DNA of 64,000 bases from an uncultured Candidatus Saccharibacteria bacterium (GCA_964398865.1 CAYNOO010000001.1:43661-107660); one strand, 5' to 3'. Shown: positions 8,801-17,542, counted from the stretch's first letter. The notes: a model not told the origin generated them from the letters alone. Program-made: numbers and translations.

Positions 8801-9009
8801 ATTTTCTTATTATGCCCTCAAACCAGGGTTTGTGTAAATGAAACGACTATCCGCACCAAAAATAAACGCATCTGGTACTATAGCCTCATGATTCACAACA
8901 GCCGCAGAAAAAGTTGGTCTGGGTTTAATTAAGGTATTCTGCACGCTCGCATTCCGCGAGTATATTTTATTTATTGATCTATCTTACGTACGAGTATCTA
9001 ACTGGATAT

Positions 9010-9669
9010 ATGATTCAACTCTCTGAAAAAGCATTTAGGAAACTGATGATAGCGCTTGCGGTCTATCTTGCCGCTCTATTCTCAGCAAACACGCTTGGTC
9101 TCAAGATTATGCCGTTCTTACTCGGTTCGCATCTGTCAGTCGCGGTATTTTCCTTCCCTATCGTCTTTCTTATGACCGACATCATCGGAGAAGTCTACGG
9201 CAAGAAAGTGGCTAAACTCTTCGTGCTCGCCGGATTCATCGCGACAGCGCTTTTTATTGGATATTCCTTCCTCTCTCTTGCAATGCCTTGGTCAGATGCG
9301 GGTCTCTGGGCAAAAGACGGCTACAATCAGATTTTCGGAATCTCAGTTCGCATCGCCATAGCTTCACTCGTTGCCTTCATTATCGCTGAATACCAGGACG
9401 TCATCTCTTTCTTCTTTTTCCGCAATCGGTTCGGTGAGAAACATTTCTGGCTTCGCTCCACACTCTCTAACATCTGGTCGCAGTTCTTGGATTCAGCAAT
9501 CTTCATGGTTATCGCCTTCGCAGGAATCTATGCAACCCCTACTCTAATCAGCATCATCATCACGTGGTGGCTCTATAAGGTGGCTATGGGAATTCTCTAT
9601 ACCCCCCTTTCGTATCTCGGCATGTATCTTCTTCGACACGGTGAGACAGAAAAAACCATCACTCCGTAA
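9010..9669 (+). CDS. VUT/YhhQ family vitamin or queuosine-precursor transporter
   Basis: FPIVFLMTDIIGEVYG, RIAIASLVAF, WLRS..SN..SQ.LDS.IF..IAF. Confidence 0.88.
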   Translation: MIQLSEKAFRKLMIALAVYLAALFSANTLGLKIMPFLLGSHLSVAVFSFPIVFLMTDIIGEVYGKKVAKLFVLAGFIATALFIGYSFLSLAMPWSDAGLWAKDGYNQIFGISVRIAIASLVAFIIAEYQDVISFFFFRNRFGEKHFWLRSTLSNIWSQFLDSAIFMVIAFAGIYATPTLISIIITWWLYKVAMGILYTPLSYLGMYLLRHGETEKTITP

Positions 9670-10174
9670 TGCACGCTTCATAGGTTACGTCGCATCTTCG
9701 ATTGACGGACGTATTTCTCTTGCAGCAAAAAAACGCCCCGACTGGACGAGTGCGGAAGATTGGAAATTCTTCCAGAACAAACTCGCTCTATCGGACGCGG
9801 TAGTCGTAGGGCGCAATACCTACGAAGCAGCTAAAACACGCCTTCAGAAAAGAAATACATACGTGCTTTCAAGCAAGGTCAAAAACCCTGTGCGTCGAGG
9901 ACATGTTACGTTTGTGAACCCGAAGCGCACAGATATCGCCACACTCCTTAAGGGTTACAAAAACGTTGCAGTGATAGGCGGTGCGCGCGTGTACCAAGAG
10001 ATGCTCGATAAGAATTTGCTTGATGAACTCTACCTCACTATAGAGCCACTTGTGTTTGGTCGTGGAACCCCGATGTTTGCGGGTGGTTCCAAAACACGAA
10101 AATTCAAACTGGTATCAGTAAAAAAACTAAATGCGACGGGCAGCATACTTCTTCGCTATCAAGTGATACGATAA
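9641..10174 (+). CDS. dihydrofolate reductase / RibD C-terminal family protein
   Basis: ASSIDGRI, VVGRNTYE, VIGGARVY, LLDELYLTIEP.VFG.G.P.F. Confidence 0.85.
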   Translation: MRQKKPSLRNARFIGYVASSIDGRISLAAKKRPDWTSAEDWKFFQNKLALSDAVVVGRNTYEAAKTRLQKRNTYVLSSKVKNPVRRGHVTFVNPKRTDIATLLKGYKNVAVIGGARVYQEMLDKNLLDELYLTIEPLVFGRGTPMFAGGSKTRKFKLVSVKKLNATGSILLRYQVIR

Positions 10175-10180
10175 CCGCCT

Positions 10181-10888
10181 GTGAAAATCACACCGATAAA
10201 GACACGCATCTTCAAGAATGAAGAAAATCTCTCCGAGTTCATTATCGAGCATATAAAAAAGATTCCCGATGAAGCAATACTCGTCATTGCTTCTAAAATC
10301 GTCGCCCTCTCAGAAAACCACCTTGTTCAACATTCGAACGTTGAACAAGGTGGTGAGCGGTTGATAAAAGATGAGAGCGTATGGGCAATTAAATCCGGGA
10401 ACATGTGGCTCACCGAGAAAGACGGAATGATTATGGCGAATGCCGGTATTGATGAATCAAATGCAGATGGAGGAATTATCCTATTGCCTGAAGATAGCTT
10501 CGATTCAGCGAAAGTTTTGCGACAAACGCTCAAAAAGAAATTCGGGTTGAAGCACCTTGGCATCGTAATCACCGATAGCGCACTCATGCCTCTTCGCGCG
10601 GGAGTGGTCGGCGCAGCTCTTGGTTATGCTGGTTTCAAAGGAGTTCGTGACTATCGTGGCAAGAAAGATATTTTCGGACGCACACTCAAGATGTCCCGCA
10701 CTAATATTGCAGACAGTCTCGCAACTGCAGCAACATTGGTTATGGGCGAAGGGGCAGAGCGACAACCGCTCGCCGTTATCTTGGATGCGCCAGTGGAGTT
10801 CAGTGAAAAAATCAACCGGGAAGAGACACAAATCGCAGCGAAAGATGATATCTTTTGGCCGTTGTTGAAAAGAAGAAAAAAGTCTTAA
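10181..10888 (+). CDS. CofE-family gamma-glutamyl ligase (F420-0:glutamate ligase-like; chlamydial FolC2-like)
   Basis: LVIASKIVALSE, ANAGIDESN, GIVITDS...PLRAG..G.ALG..G, D.FGR.L, D.LA.AA.LVMGEG.E..P. Confidence 0.88.
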   Translation: MKITPIKTRIFKNEENLSEFIIEHIKKIPDEAILVIASKIVALSENHLVQHSNVEQGGERLIKDESVWAIKSGNMWLTEKDGMIMANAGIDESNADGGIILLPEDSFDSAKVLRQTLKKKFGLKHLGIVITDSALMPLRAGVVGAALGYAGFKGVRDYRGKKDIFGRTLKMSRTNIADSLATAATLVMGEGAERQPLAVILDAPVEFSEKINREETQIAAKDDIFWPLLKRRKKS

Positions 10889-10891
10889 GAT

Positions 10892-11053
10892 TGGTGCCCC
10901 CTGCAGGAATCGGCGTCAGCTCACTAAGCTCGCGGACTCGCTAAGTGGCTCCTGCCCGACCTCGCCTCCTTCGGCAAGCTCAGGATGGCTCCGGTTTTCG
11001 ATTCCTGGCGCACGCAAAGCAGTTTGCGTGCTCAGTGTGCACTTGCTTCGCAA
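10892..11053 (-). repeat. tRNA-3'-associated structured element, copy B (after tRNA-Arg TCT)
   Basis: Direct copy 10894-10912 (= 11054-11072) extended to ...GGCACCA; core 10913-10996; inverted copy 10997-11042 split by hairpin 11008-11032. Confidence 0.9.
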
Positions 11054-11054
11054 G

Positions 11055-11126
11055 TGCCCCCTGCAGGAATCGAACCTACATCGACGGCTTAGAAGTCCGC
11101 AGCTCTATCCATTGAGCTAAGGGGGC
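11055..11126 (-). tRNA. tRNA-Arg(TCT)
   Basis: GCCCCCTTAGCTCAATGGATAGAGC...CT-TCT-AA...GGTTCGATTCCTGCAGGGGGCA; one A-G mismatch at the base of the anticodon loop. Confidence 0.9.
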
Positions 11127-11181
11127 GTGGTTGAGAGGAAATGATACCTCAGTACAAGCTTATTTTCGAGAGATGAAAACT

Positions 11182-11523
11182 CTACTGCCCCGCCAGTGGG
11201 ATTTTGGGAACGACACTGCTACTCCCGGCTGGGTCAACAATCGGCAAGAGAGGCTCCCTATCTGCCTCATAATTCGCCTTGCGTGCACGATAAGCATTGA
11301 GAACTGATTGAATCTCACCTTCAGTTATTGTTTGCGCCGGAAACGATACGGTCTCCGTGTGGACGATAAACCCTGACTGTATGCCGAAGAACAGGTACGC
11401 CGCGTAGCAGATGAAGATGATGAGCGGGATGAATAAGAACATAAGTGTAAGAAACCAATCGCGACTAGGATTCGGTCGTGCAAATGACACTAAAAAATCA
11501 GAGATTTTCTGGAAACGATTCAT
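11182..11523 (-). CDS. hypothetical single-TM protein, last gene of the pilMNO-like operon
   Basis: Overlaps the upstream gene's stop; one TM helix after P.RDW. Confidence 0.6.
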   Translation of the reverse strand: MNRFQKISDFLVSFARPNPSRDWFLTLMFLFIPLIIFICYAAYLFFGIQSGFIVHTETVSFPAQTITEGEIQSVLNAYRARKANYEADREPLLPIVDPAGSSSVVPKIPLAGQ

Positions 11524-12041
11524 GGTGTTGGTGTTTTCTCCTTTATGAAGTCAACAGCAAATGTCGCAAACCACATTTTATTATCTGACGCTTCAAATGA
11601 TGCCGTTACGAGACGGGACGCTTCTGGAAGAGTTTCAATCGCAGAGGCAAAATGCGAGAGAGCCCCAAGAGAGCCTCGGGCAGAAAAAATAACACGAACG
11701 GGTTCATGGTACGTCCAGCTGGCGGGTAGCACCGAAACGGATCCAATCGTTGCTTGCACGCCCTCGCGCTTCGCAGTAGCTTCAATTGCATCAATGAGAC
11801 GAACTGAATCACTGTCGGGCACTATGAACGTCGCAAGCTCAGTGTTACTTGACGCTGTTTCAGCGATCAATACATCCGCGCGGCGCAGCGCTTGATCGCG
11901 CGCATCGCTAGAAAATGAACTTTCCTTTGCTTTCCCGATAGTCGTGACAAATCCGGAAATGCGCATACTGAGGTATACATAACAGCCAAGTGCTCCGACG
12001 AGAAGAATGAGACCAATTAAGAGCGGGGTGAATTTTTTCAT
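11520..12041 (-). CDS. PilO-like type IV pilus alignment protein
   Basis: N-terminal TM, coiled coil, ferredoxin-like C-terminus (GS...L.HF...IETLP); third gene after pilM. Confidence 0.6.
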   Translation of the reverse strand: MKKFTPLLIGLILLVGALGCYVYLSMRISGFVTTIGKAKESSFSSDARDQALRRADVLIAETASSNTELATFIVPDSDSVRLIDAIEATAKREGVQATIGSVSVLPASWTYHEPVRVIFSARGSLGALSHFASAIETLPEASRLVTASFEASDNKMWFATFAVDFIKEKTPTP

Positions 12042-12586
12042 AGAGCGTTCGCATCAAACGTGAACGGTATCGAAAAATCCAAATCTGTCCCATTCACCAA
12101 GTCCGATATCGGCACTACCGCTCCACTAAAAAGACTCCCGTCTTCCAGTTTTTTACCGAAGTTCACGAGGGCAACACGCGTCTTCGCTTTTCCAGAAACA
12201 GTGATGTCTCCTGTTTTGGAGCCAGTGAAAGCGAGGGAAATACTCCGGATTTGTATATCGTCCGATACTCCGGTCGTGAGGTTAGAGAGTACGAGTGCGG
12301 TGGTTTGACTGCGCTCGTATTCTTTAAGAAGTGCCAGGCGCTCTTTCAAAAGTGAAACCTGTCGAACAATCCCTGAAGATTGATAGAGTTTTACACTCTC
12401 TGCGGACGCATCCAGTGCACGAACAGCAGCCTTGGCTTCGCTTTCTGCCAGGAAATACGATGGTGTGAGAAAAGCGATACCAACAATGCACACTGCGACC
12501 AGTACGAAAACGGCGGCACTCAAAAGCCCCGTGTAATAACGAACACGAAGCTCTCTCTGTTCTTTTGCTCCGAGAAGATTCACCAT
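12038..12586 (-). CDS. PilN-like type IV pilus alignment protein
   Basis: N-terminal (V)NLL motif, TM helix, I.VSGKA.TR..L..F; directly follows pilM. Confidence 0.7.
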   Translation of the reverse strand: MVNLLGAKEQRELRVRYYTGLLSAAVFVLVAVCIVGIAFLTPSYFLAESEAKAAVRALDASAESVKLYQSSGIVRQVSLLKERLALLKEYERSQTTALVLSNLTTGVSDDIQIRSISLAFTGSKTGDITVSGKAKTRVALVNFGKKLEDGSLFSGAVVPISDLVNGTDLDFSIPFTFDANAL

Positions 12587-13668
12587 GGTAGTGTGCGGCT
12601 GCCGCGAATCGCCAAACCAATCGCGGTTGAATATTCGAGCGATTTCTGAAACTCCATCGGAGGCACGTAACTATCGAGCGAAAATGCATTCGTCCATACG
12701 TTCGCGACCACCACAGGCACTCGAAGGAATGTCTCGAGGTATTCCGGGAGCCCTCTCAAGTTCGCATTGCCTCCGCATACCAATACTTTTTCTATCGGGA
12801 GTCGCGTTATCCCATCAGCAAAGGAAACATTCCAATCACTCAGATTTCTTGCAATCTCATCTTTCATAACCGAAACCGTCGTCATGAGCGCCTCTACGAC
12901 ACTCATGTTCTCTTTGCTCATAAGAAATCCTTTTTCATTCTTCATCTTTTCTGCTGCCACTTCATCGACATTAAGATTTTTCATGATGACATTCAAAAGT
13001 GCGTCTCCTCCCATGTCTAGGCTTGCCGTGAACGACACCACGCCATTATCAGCAACAGCGATGCGTGTCGTCTGCCTGCCGAGATCAACAATCATTACTA
13101 CTCGTTTCCTATCCTCTTCGTTGAGCGCTGCACGCGCAAGCGCTTGAGACTCTACCTCGAGCGATCGCAGTGTAATACCTGCGTCATAAAACAAGCTGGC
13201 ATAGGCATCGACCATGCGTTTCGCATAGGCGGTGACTGATACAATCGTACCCGCTTGGACTTGACGTGCTACTTCGAAATCAAATATTGTCTCCGCAGGC
13301 GAGAGAGGCACGTGCGCCTCAAGTCCAAATTCTATGAGAGACCGGATGTCCCGTTCGGTTCCTGGTACAAGCGTCTGGTAGAGATAGGCTTTCCGTTCTG
13401 GGATGCTTGCGGTAGCGCTGCGAATCCCATGACGGAGCCGATAAGAGCGTAAGATGTCGACGACGGCATCGCGTTTTTCTATATCGCCATCGACGATAAT
13501 GCCCTTTGGGAGTGGAGTTTCATTAAACGACTCCACGCGAAGCCCAAGTGGAGTCTCTTTCAGGAAAACATATTTGATAGAGTTTCCGGAAACATCAACG
13601 CCTGCTGCCGGCATAGTAACCACAGTTGGTGGCGGAAATACCGAAAGCACACTCGCGCGAAATGACAT
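12580..13668 (-). CDS. pilM: type IV pilus assembly protein PilM (actin-like)
   Basis: GVDVSGNSIKYV, IVDGDI, EVESQALARA, IVDLG..TT, LVCGGNANL.GL, AIGLAIRG; ATG 13668 lies 7 nt after TATAAT. Confidence 0.88.
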   Translation of the reverse strand: MSFRASVLSVFPPPTVVTMPAAGVDVSGNSIKYVFLKETPLGLRVESFNETPLPKGIIVDGDIEKRDAVVDILRSYRLRHGIRSATASIPERKAYLYQTLVPGTERDIRSLIEFGLEAHVPLSPAETIFDFEVARQVQAGTIVSVTAYAKRMVDAYASLFYDAGITLRSLEVESQALARAALNEEDRKRVVMIVDLGRQTTRIAVADNGVVSFTASLDMGGDALLNVIMKNLNVDEVAAEKMKNEKGFLMSKENMSVVEALMTTVSVMKDEIARNLSDWNVSFADGITRLPIEKVLVCGGNANLRGLPEYLETFLRVPVVVANVWTNAFSLDSYVPPMEFQKSLEYSTAIGLAIRGSRTLPW

Positions 13669-13726
13669 ACTCTCTATTATATAGTCGTTCCCTTCTCTGT
13701 TGCTCACTATTCCCTCTTGGGCGCTC

Positions 13727-14053
13727 TCAGCGGATGCGACTTCCTGGATCAACAAATCTAGTCGGCGATAAGAGTGCGAACGTATTCCCTTCACCAACAG
13801 CAAGAAGCATTCCGTTCGAAACCTGACCGCGGATAACGCGCGGCTCCAAATTTGTTATGAAAGGAAATTGCCTGCCGATAAGATCAGCGGGCGCAACATA
13901 TTCAGCGATACCAGAAAGAATTTGGCGCGGTGTCTCTTCGCCGAAATCAACTTCCAAACGCAACAATTTATCAGTATCAGGAACATGCTCAGCGGAGAGG
14001 ATGGTACCAATCTTGATTTCAGCACGCTTGAAATCATCTAGTGAAAGAGACAT
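13727..14053 (-). CDS. stand-alone tRNA-binding OB-fold protein (MetG C-terminal / Trbp111 / CsaA-like)
   Basis: DDF...EIKIGTILSAE.VP.TDKLL.L.VDFG...RQILSGI, NLEPR.IRG..SNGMLLA. Confidence 0.9.
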   Translation of the reverse strand: MSLSLDDFKRAEIKIGTILSAEHVPDTDKLLRLEVDFGEETPRQILSGIAEYVAPADLIGRQFPFITNLEPRVIRGQVSNGMLLAVGEGNTFALLSPTRFVDPGSRIR

Positions 14054-14057
14054 AGAT

Positions 14058-14441
14058 TTATTTTCTGCTCCGTTCTATAAAACTATTAAGAATTATAGCT
14101 GCTGCTTTCGCATCTACAAACGTATCATCGGAATCACGCCTAGCCTCAACGGAGCTATAGAATTCTGGTTCATAAACAACTTTCATTCCGGTTGCCTGCT
14201 CCAAATCGTTCACAAATCGGCGGGCGGGCGTCATAACTGCATTATCATTGCCATCCTTATCCTTTGACTCCCCCACCACTACCTCCGTAATATTTTCGCT
14301 TCGTATGAGTTCAACTAGCGTAGGAACGAGAGTGCGGTCACTCGGGAAAACTGCTTTAGCAAAAGCGACAGAGCCGGACTCGTCGGAAACCGCAACGCCA
14401 ACGCGTTTCGTGCCATAGTCTATACCCATGAGCTTAGACAC
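14058..14441 (-). CDS. ruvX: YqgF/RuvX family pre-16S rRNA nuclease
   Basis: MGIDYGTKRVGVAVSD, VVVG, E.YSS.EA, VDAKAAAIIL. Confidence 0.92.
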   Translation of the reverse strand: MSKLMGIDYGTKRVGVAVSDESGSVAFAKAVFPSDRTLVPTLVELIRSENITEVVVGESKDKDGNDNAVMTPARRFVNDLEQATGMKVVYEPEFYSSVEARRDSDDTFVDAKAAAIILNSFIERSRK

Positions 14442-14499
14442 CGTAGTAGAGGCAGTATAGCGCGTTGCCAGTCGACAGCGAACGGGTTACGATAGTTAT

Positions 14500-14733
14500 A
14501 TGTTCGGTTTCAACGTCGTGAGCTGGAATCTCTGGATTATTCTCGCTATCCTCTGGACTCTTCCGTGGAAAGGCTATGCCCTATGGCTTGCTGCGAGGAA
14601 CAATCATCCGCGTTGGTTCATCGCGCTTCTTTTGCTCAACACTGTTGCAATTCTTGAAATAATCTATATCTTCGCAATAGGCCGCAAGGCTGCGAGAAAG
14701 GGACCGGATACCACCTCCGCCCCAAGTTCGTAG
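14500..14733 (+). CDS. small membrane protein (DUF5652-like)
   Basis: W.L.WKG.ALW.AAR....WF..LL..NT..ILEIIY pattern; TACGAT 6 nt upstream. Confidence 0.75.
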   Translation: MFGFNVVSWNLWIILAILWTLPWKGYALWLAARNNHPRWFIALLLLNTVAILEIIYIFAIGRKAARKGPDTTSAPSS

Positions 14734-14739
14734 ACTCCC

Positions 14740-14824
14740 GGAGGAGTCGCATAGTGGTCTAGTGCACCTGTCTTGAAAACAGGCGTGGGGTGACCCACCG
14801 AGAGTTCGAATCTCTCCTCCTCCG
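14740..14824 (+). tRNA. tRNA-Ser(TGA)
   Basis: GGAGGAG acceptor, CCTGT-CT-TGA-AA-ACAGG, long variable arm, GTTCGAAT, G73. Confidence 0.95.
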
Positions 14825-14890
14825 CAATGATTCGTAAAAAGCCAGCACTGCGGTTCTTTGAATATTGGTGATTATACTTACTAAACACTT

Positions 14891-15256
14891 ATGCAGAACC
14901 CGCAAAGATCCTACAACGGAATCGTCATCAAAGGCGAGAACACCGGGACGCGACTTGGTTTCCCGACAGCAAATATCCCGCTCGAAGACATGGGGGTGGA
15001 CGGCATTTACGCCGCAACGGTCACCGTGGACGACATAGTGTACGAAGCGGGTGTGTACGCAAACCAGCGTCGCAACATTCTTGAGGCGCATCTATTGGAT
15101 TTTTCGGGTGATCTTTATGGGCAATCAATCACTATTACTCTCTACGAAAAAATCAGGGAAGAAAAAGAATTTGGCTCATTTGCTAATGAAGCTGAACTTT
15201 CTCAGACAATTGCGCAAGATATCAAGCGTGTACGTGCATATTTCAGAAAATCCTGA
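14891..15256 (+). CDS. stand-alone riboflavin kinase (RibF C-terminal domain only)
   Basis: G.VI.G...G..LGFPTANI, GIYA, EAHLLDFSGDLYG, KIR.EK.F. Confidence 0.92.
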   Translation: MQNPQRSYNGIVIKGENTGTRLGFPTANIPLEDMGVDGIYAATVTVDDIVYEAGVYANQRRNILEAHLLDFSGDLYGQSITITLYEKIREEKEFGSFANEAELSQTIAQDIKRVRAYFRKS

Positions 15257-15276
15257 TAGCGCGCTATTCTTGCAGG

Positions 15277-16203
15277 ATGGATATATTTAAAAAATACGCC
15301 CCGTTTATGGTTCTGTTCGCAGCGATGCTGTGGGCAACTGACGCGCCTTTTCGCGTCCATTTGACACACGAGCTTTCAAGCAGCTTCATTGTTCTCGCTG
15401 AGCATTTTATCGCCGTTCTTTTTATTCTTCCCATATTGATTTTCAATCTTGCGGAACTCAAGAAATTGAGACTGAAAGAGTGGTTCGCGGTCCTTTTTAT
15501 CGCTATCGGCGGAAGCGCTTTGGCGTCGGTTGCGTTCACGCAGGCGTTCCATTATCTAAATCCGTCAGTGGCGATTCTGCTGCAAAAACTGCAACCATTC
15601 ATGGTCATCGGCTTGGCAGCAGTCGTTCTTAAGGAAACGCTGTCTCGTCGCTTTTGGCTCTTTGCCACTGTGTCGCTTATAGGCGCCTACCTCATCTCAT
15701 TCCCCAACTTCATTCCTCAGACATACCCGGGCGAGACATTCAACGCCAACCTAGTTGGCGTGGGTCTCGCGCTCATCGCTGCATTCTTCTGGGGCGCGTC
15801 GACCGTATTTGGAAAAGTCGTACTGAACAAGACAAACTTTAAGGTCATGACGGCACTGAGGTTTTCAGTGGCATTCGTGTTTCTTATCTTCTTGAATATG
15901 GCTCAGCATTCATTCCCAGTATGGAGTTCCATCACGTCCACTGATTACCTCTTCATATTCATCATCGGCATGACTTCGGGGGTCGTCTCTCTCTTTATCT
16001 ACTACAAAGGGTTGGAGAACACGCGCGCATCTGTCGCCACTTTGGCAGAACTGGGATTTCCTCTTGCTGCGGTCATCGTAAACTGGCTATTCTTGGATGC
16101 TGTTCTTCTGCCAATGCAAATCTTGGGTATCGCCATTCTACTCGGAGGTGTGTATGGTCTTGCAAAATATAATAGAGAAACCGAGGCGATTAGCGCCACG
16201 TGA
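15277..16203 (+). CDS. DMT/EamA family transporter
   Basis: About 10 TM helices in two EamA repeats; LLQKLQP, WGASTVFGK, YYKGL..T.AS.AT. Confidence 0.9.
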   Translation: MDIFKKYAPFMVLFAAMLWATDAPFRVHLTHELSSSFIVLAEHFIAVLFILPILIFNLAELKKLRLKEWFAVLFIAIGGSALASVAFTQAFHYLNPSVAILLQKLQPFMVIGLAAVVLKETLSRRFWLFATVSLIGAYLISFPNFIPQTYPGETFNANLVGVGLALIAAFFWGASTVFGKVVLNKTNFKVMTALRFSVAFVFLIFLNMAQHSFPVWSSITSTDYLFIFIIGMTSGVVSLFIYYKGLENTRASVATLAELGFPLAAVIVNWLFLDAVLLPMQILGIAILLGGVYGLAKYNRETEAISAT

Positions 16204-16228
16204 CGAACATGAGAAGAATTTTTCTGCT

Positions 16229-16951
16229 CTAAACTCTAAAGAGCGTTTCTCCAGCTCTTCTTTCTATTTCTTGAATGGATTTGTTGCGATGAATTATCTC
16301 GTCATTACGAACTGATCTGAAAAAATCATATTGATTCTTAGAATCGCGCCCGTACCACTCCAGGTAAGCGCTATGAATTGGTTTTTTCTTAAGCTCCTCC
16401 TCATTAGCACGTAGGAAACGATCGTATTGCTCAAAAGCATGCGCTTCGAACAGGTAGTTTAATTCAAATGCGTACCGCGCATTTAACAAATACAGCCAGT
16501 ATGCTATCCAAAAATAAAGGAAGGCGAAAATCATCGGAATGACCGTATGCAAAAACACGTTTGCTTTTTGTACCTCCTTTGCAAGAGTTGAGATAACAAC
16601 AACATGCATGGTCTCGTTGTCTTTCGCTATGCGTGCAAACTTAGCAAGAGCAGAGAGGCGCATTGCCTTTTCTTCATTGCGATAGAACATCGTAAGAAAT
16701 GTGAAAGCGGCGGAATCCCATGAATGGTAGGGTACGCGAGCAATTACCTCAATTGCTCTGAACTTCAGATACGAAGGTTCTTTCCCATACACGACGTTCG
16801 CACACCCAACGAGTAGGCGCCCGAGGATGCGCGGAAGAAAGTGGGGTTTATAGTCATCATAGGGTCGTTTGTATTCTTGGAGGACTTCGGGGTCATTGAG
16901 CTTAGTGTTCAGATCCTCAAGCGCTTTATCATGATATTCCATAGGGTGCAT
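16229..16951 (-). CDS. alternative oxidase / PTOX-like di-iron carboxylate membrane protein
   Basis: F.AIEVIARVPY, DNETMH, F..LYFW...LYL, FEAHAFEQY, VRNDEIIHRN: all four di-iron ligand segments present. Confidence 0.8.
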   Translation of the reverse strand: MHPMEYHDKALEDLNTKLNDPEVLQEYKRPYDDYKPHFLPRILGRLLVGCANVVYGKEPSYLKFRAIEVIARVPYHSWDSAAFTFLTMFYRNEEKAMRLSALAKFARIAKDNETMHVVVISTLAKEVQKANVFLHTVIPMIFAFLYFWIAYWLYLLNARYAFELNYLFEAHAFEQYDRFLRANEEELKKKPIHSAYLEWYGRDSKNQYDFFRSVRNDEIIHRNKSIQEIERRAGETLFRV

Positions 16952-17080
16952 TGTAAACTACTCGGCTAAAAGAAAGGCATAAACGTATACTTCTAAAAAT
17001 GGCATGATACCTCATGCGGTAGGAACGACTTTTTGCAAACCTTTGTTCATTACTTTAGCTCACGGGGTATACTGGGCGGA

Positions 17081-17542
17081 ATGGAAAACCAGGTACTCGT
17101 GAGCTGGCAGGCGCGGGAATATGAATTCCGCCCTAAGGAGCGGCAATGGTATTGGACGATAGGCATCGTCGCGATTGGTGCGGCTGTTGCTGCGTTCATT
17201 TTGAGAGACTACCTCTTCTCGCTCATCGCCATCATAGGCGGTTTCGCAGTAATGTTGATTGGTTCAAAAAAACCCTCAAAGCACAATTACAGCCTCTCAG
17301 AAAAAGGACTCTCCATTGGCACCCATCTCATTCCCTACTCCTTAATGACTAGGTTTTCCATCCGTGAAGATGAACCGAGAAAACTCAGTGTAGAAACAAA
17401 AAGGTTGACCGGCACCGTTAGCGCCCCATTGGGAGACGCCGATTACCGTCAGATACGCACTGAACTCAAAAATAGAAACATAGAGGAAGTTGAGGTCTTG
17501 GACTCATTTATAGACCAAGTCGTTGGCGGCATGGGGCTTTGA
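17081..17542 (+). CDS. hypothetical membrane protein (2 TM plus PH-like domain)
   Basis: W.A.EYE....WYW, two TM helices; ATG 17081 lies 7 nt after TATACT. Confidence 0.7.
   Translation: MENQVLVSWQAREYEFRPKERQWYWTIGIVAIGAAVAAFILRDYLFSLIAIIGGFAVMLIGSKKPSKHNYSLSEKGLSIGTHLIPYSLMTRFSIREDEPRKLSVETKRLTGTVSAPLGDADYRQIRTELKNRNIEEVEVLDSFIDQVVGGMGL

Noticed and set aside
8801-9009. preQ1 riboswitch upstream of the YhhQ-family gene
   Set aside because: No GGTTC..G stem-loop followed by an AAAAAACTA-type tail was found
13669-13803. Long N-terminal extensions in the ORF track (pilM, 2H protein, dnaA, holA, pilin, 17033)
   Set aside because: They overlap neighbouring genes or promoters; downstream starts match family N-termini and -10 spacing
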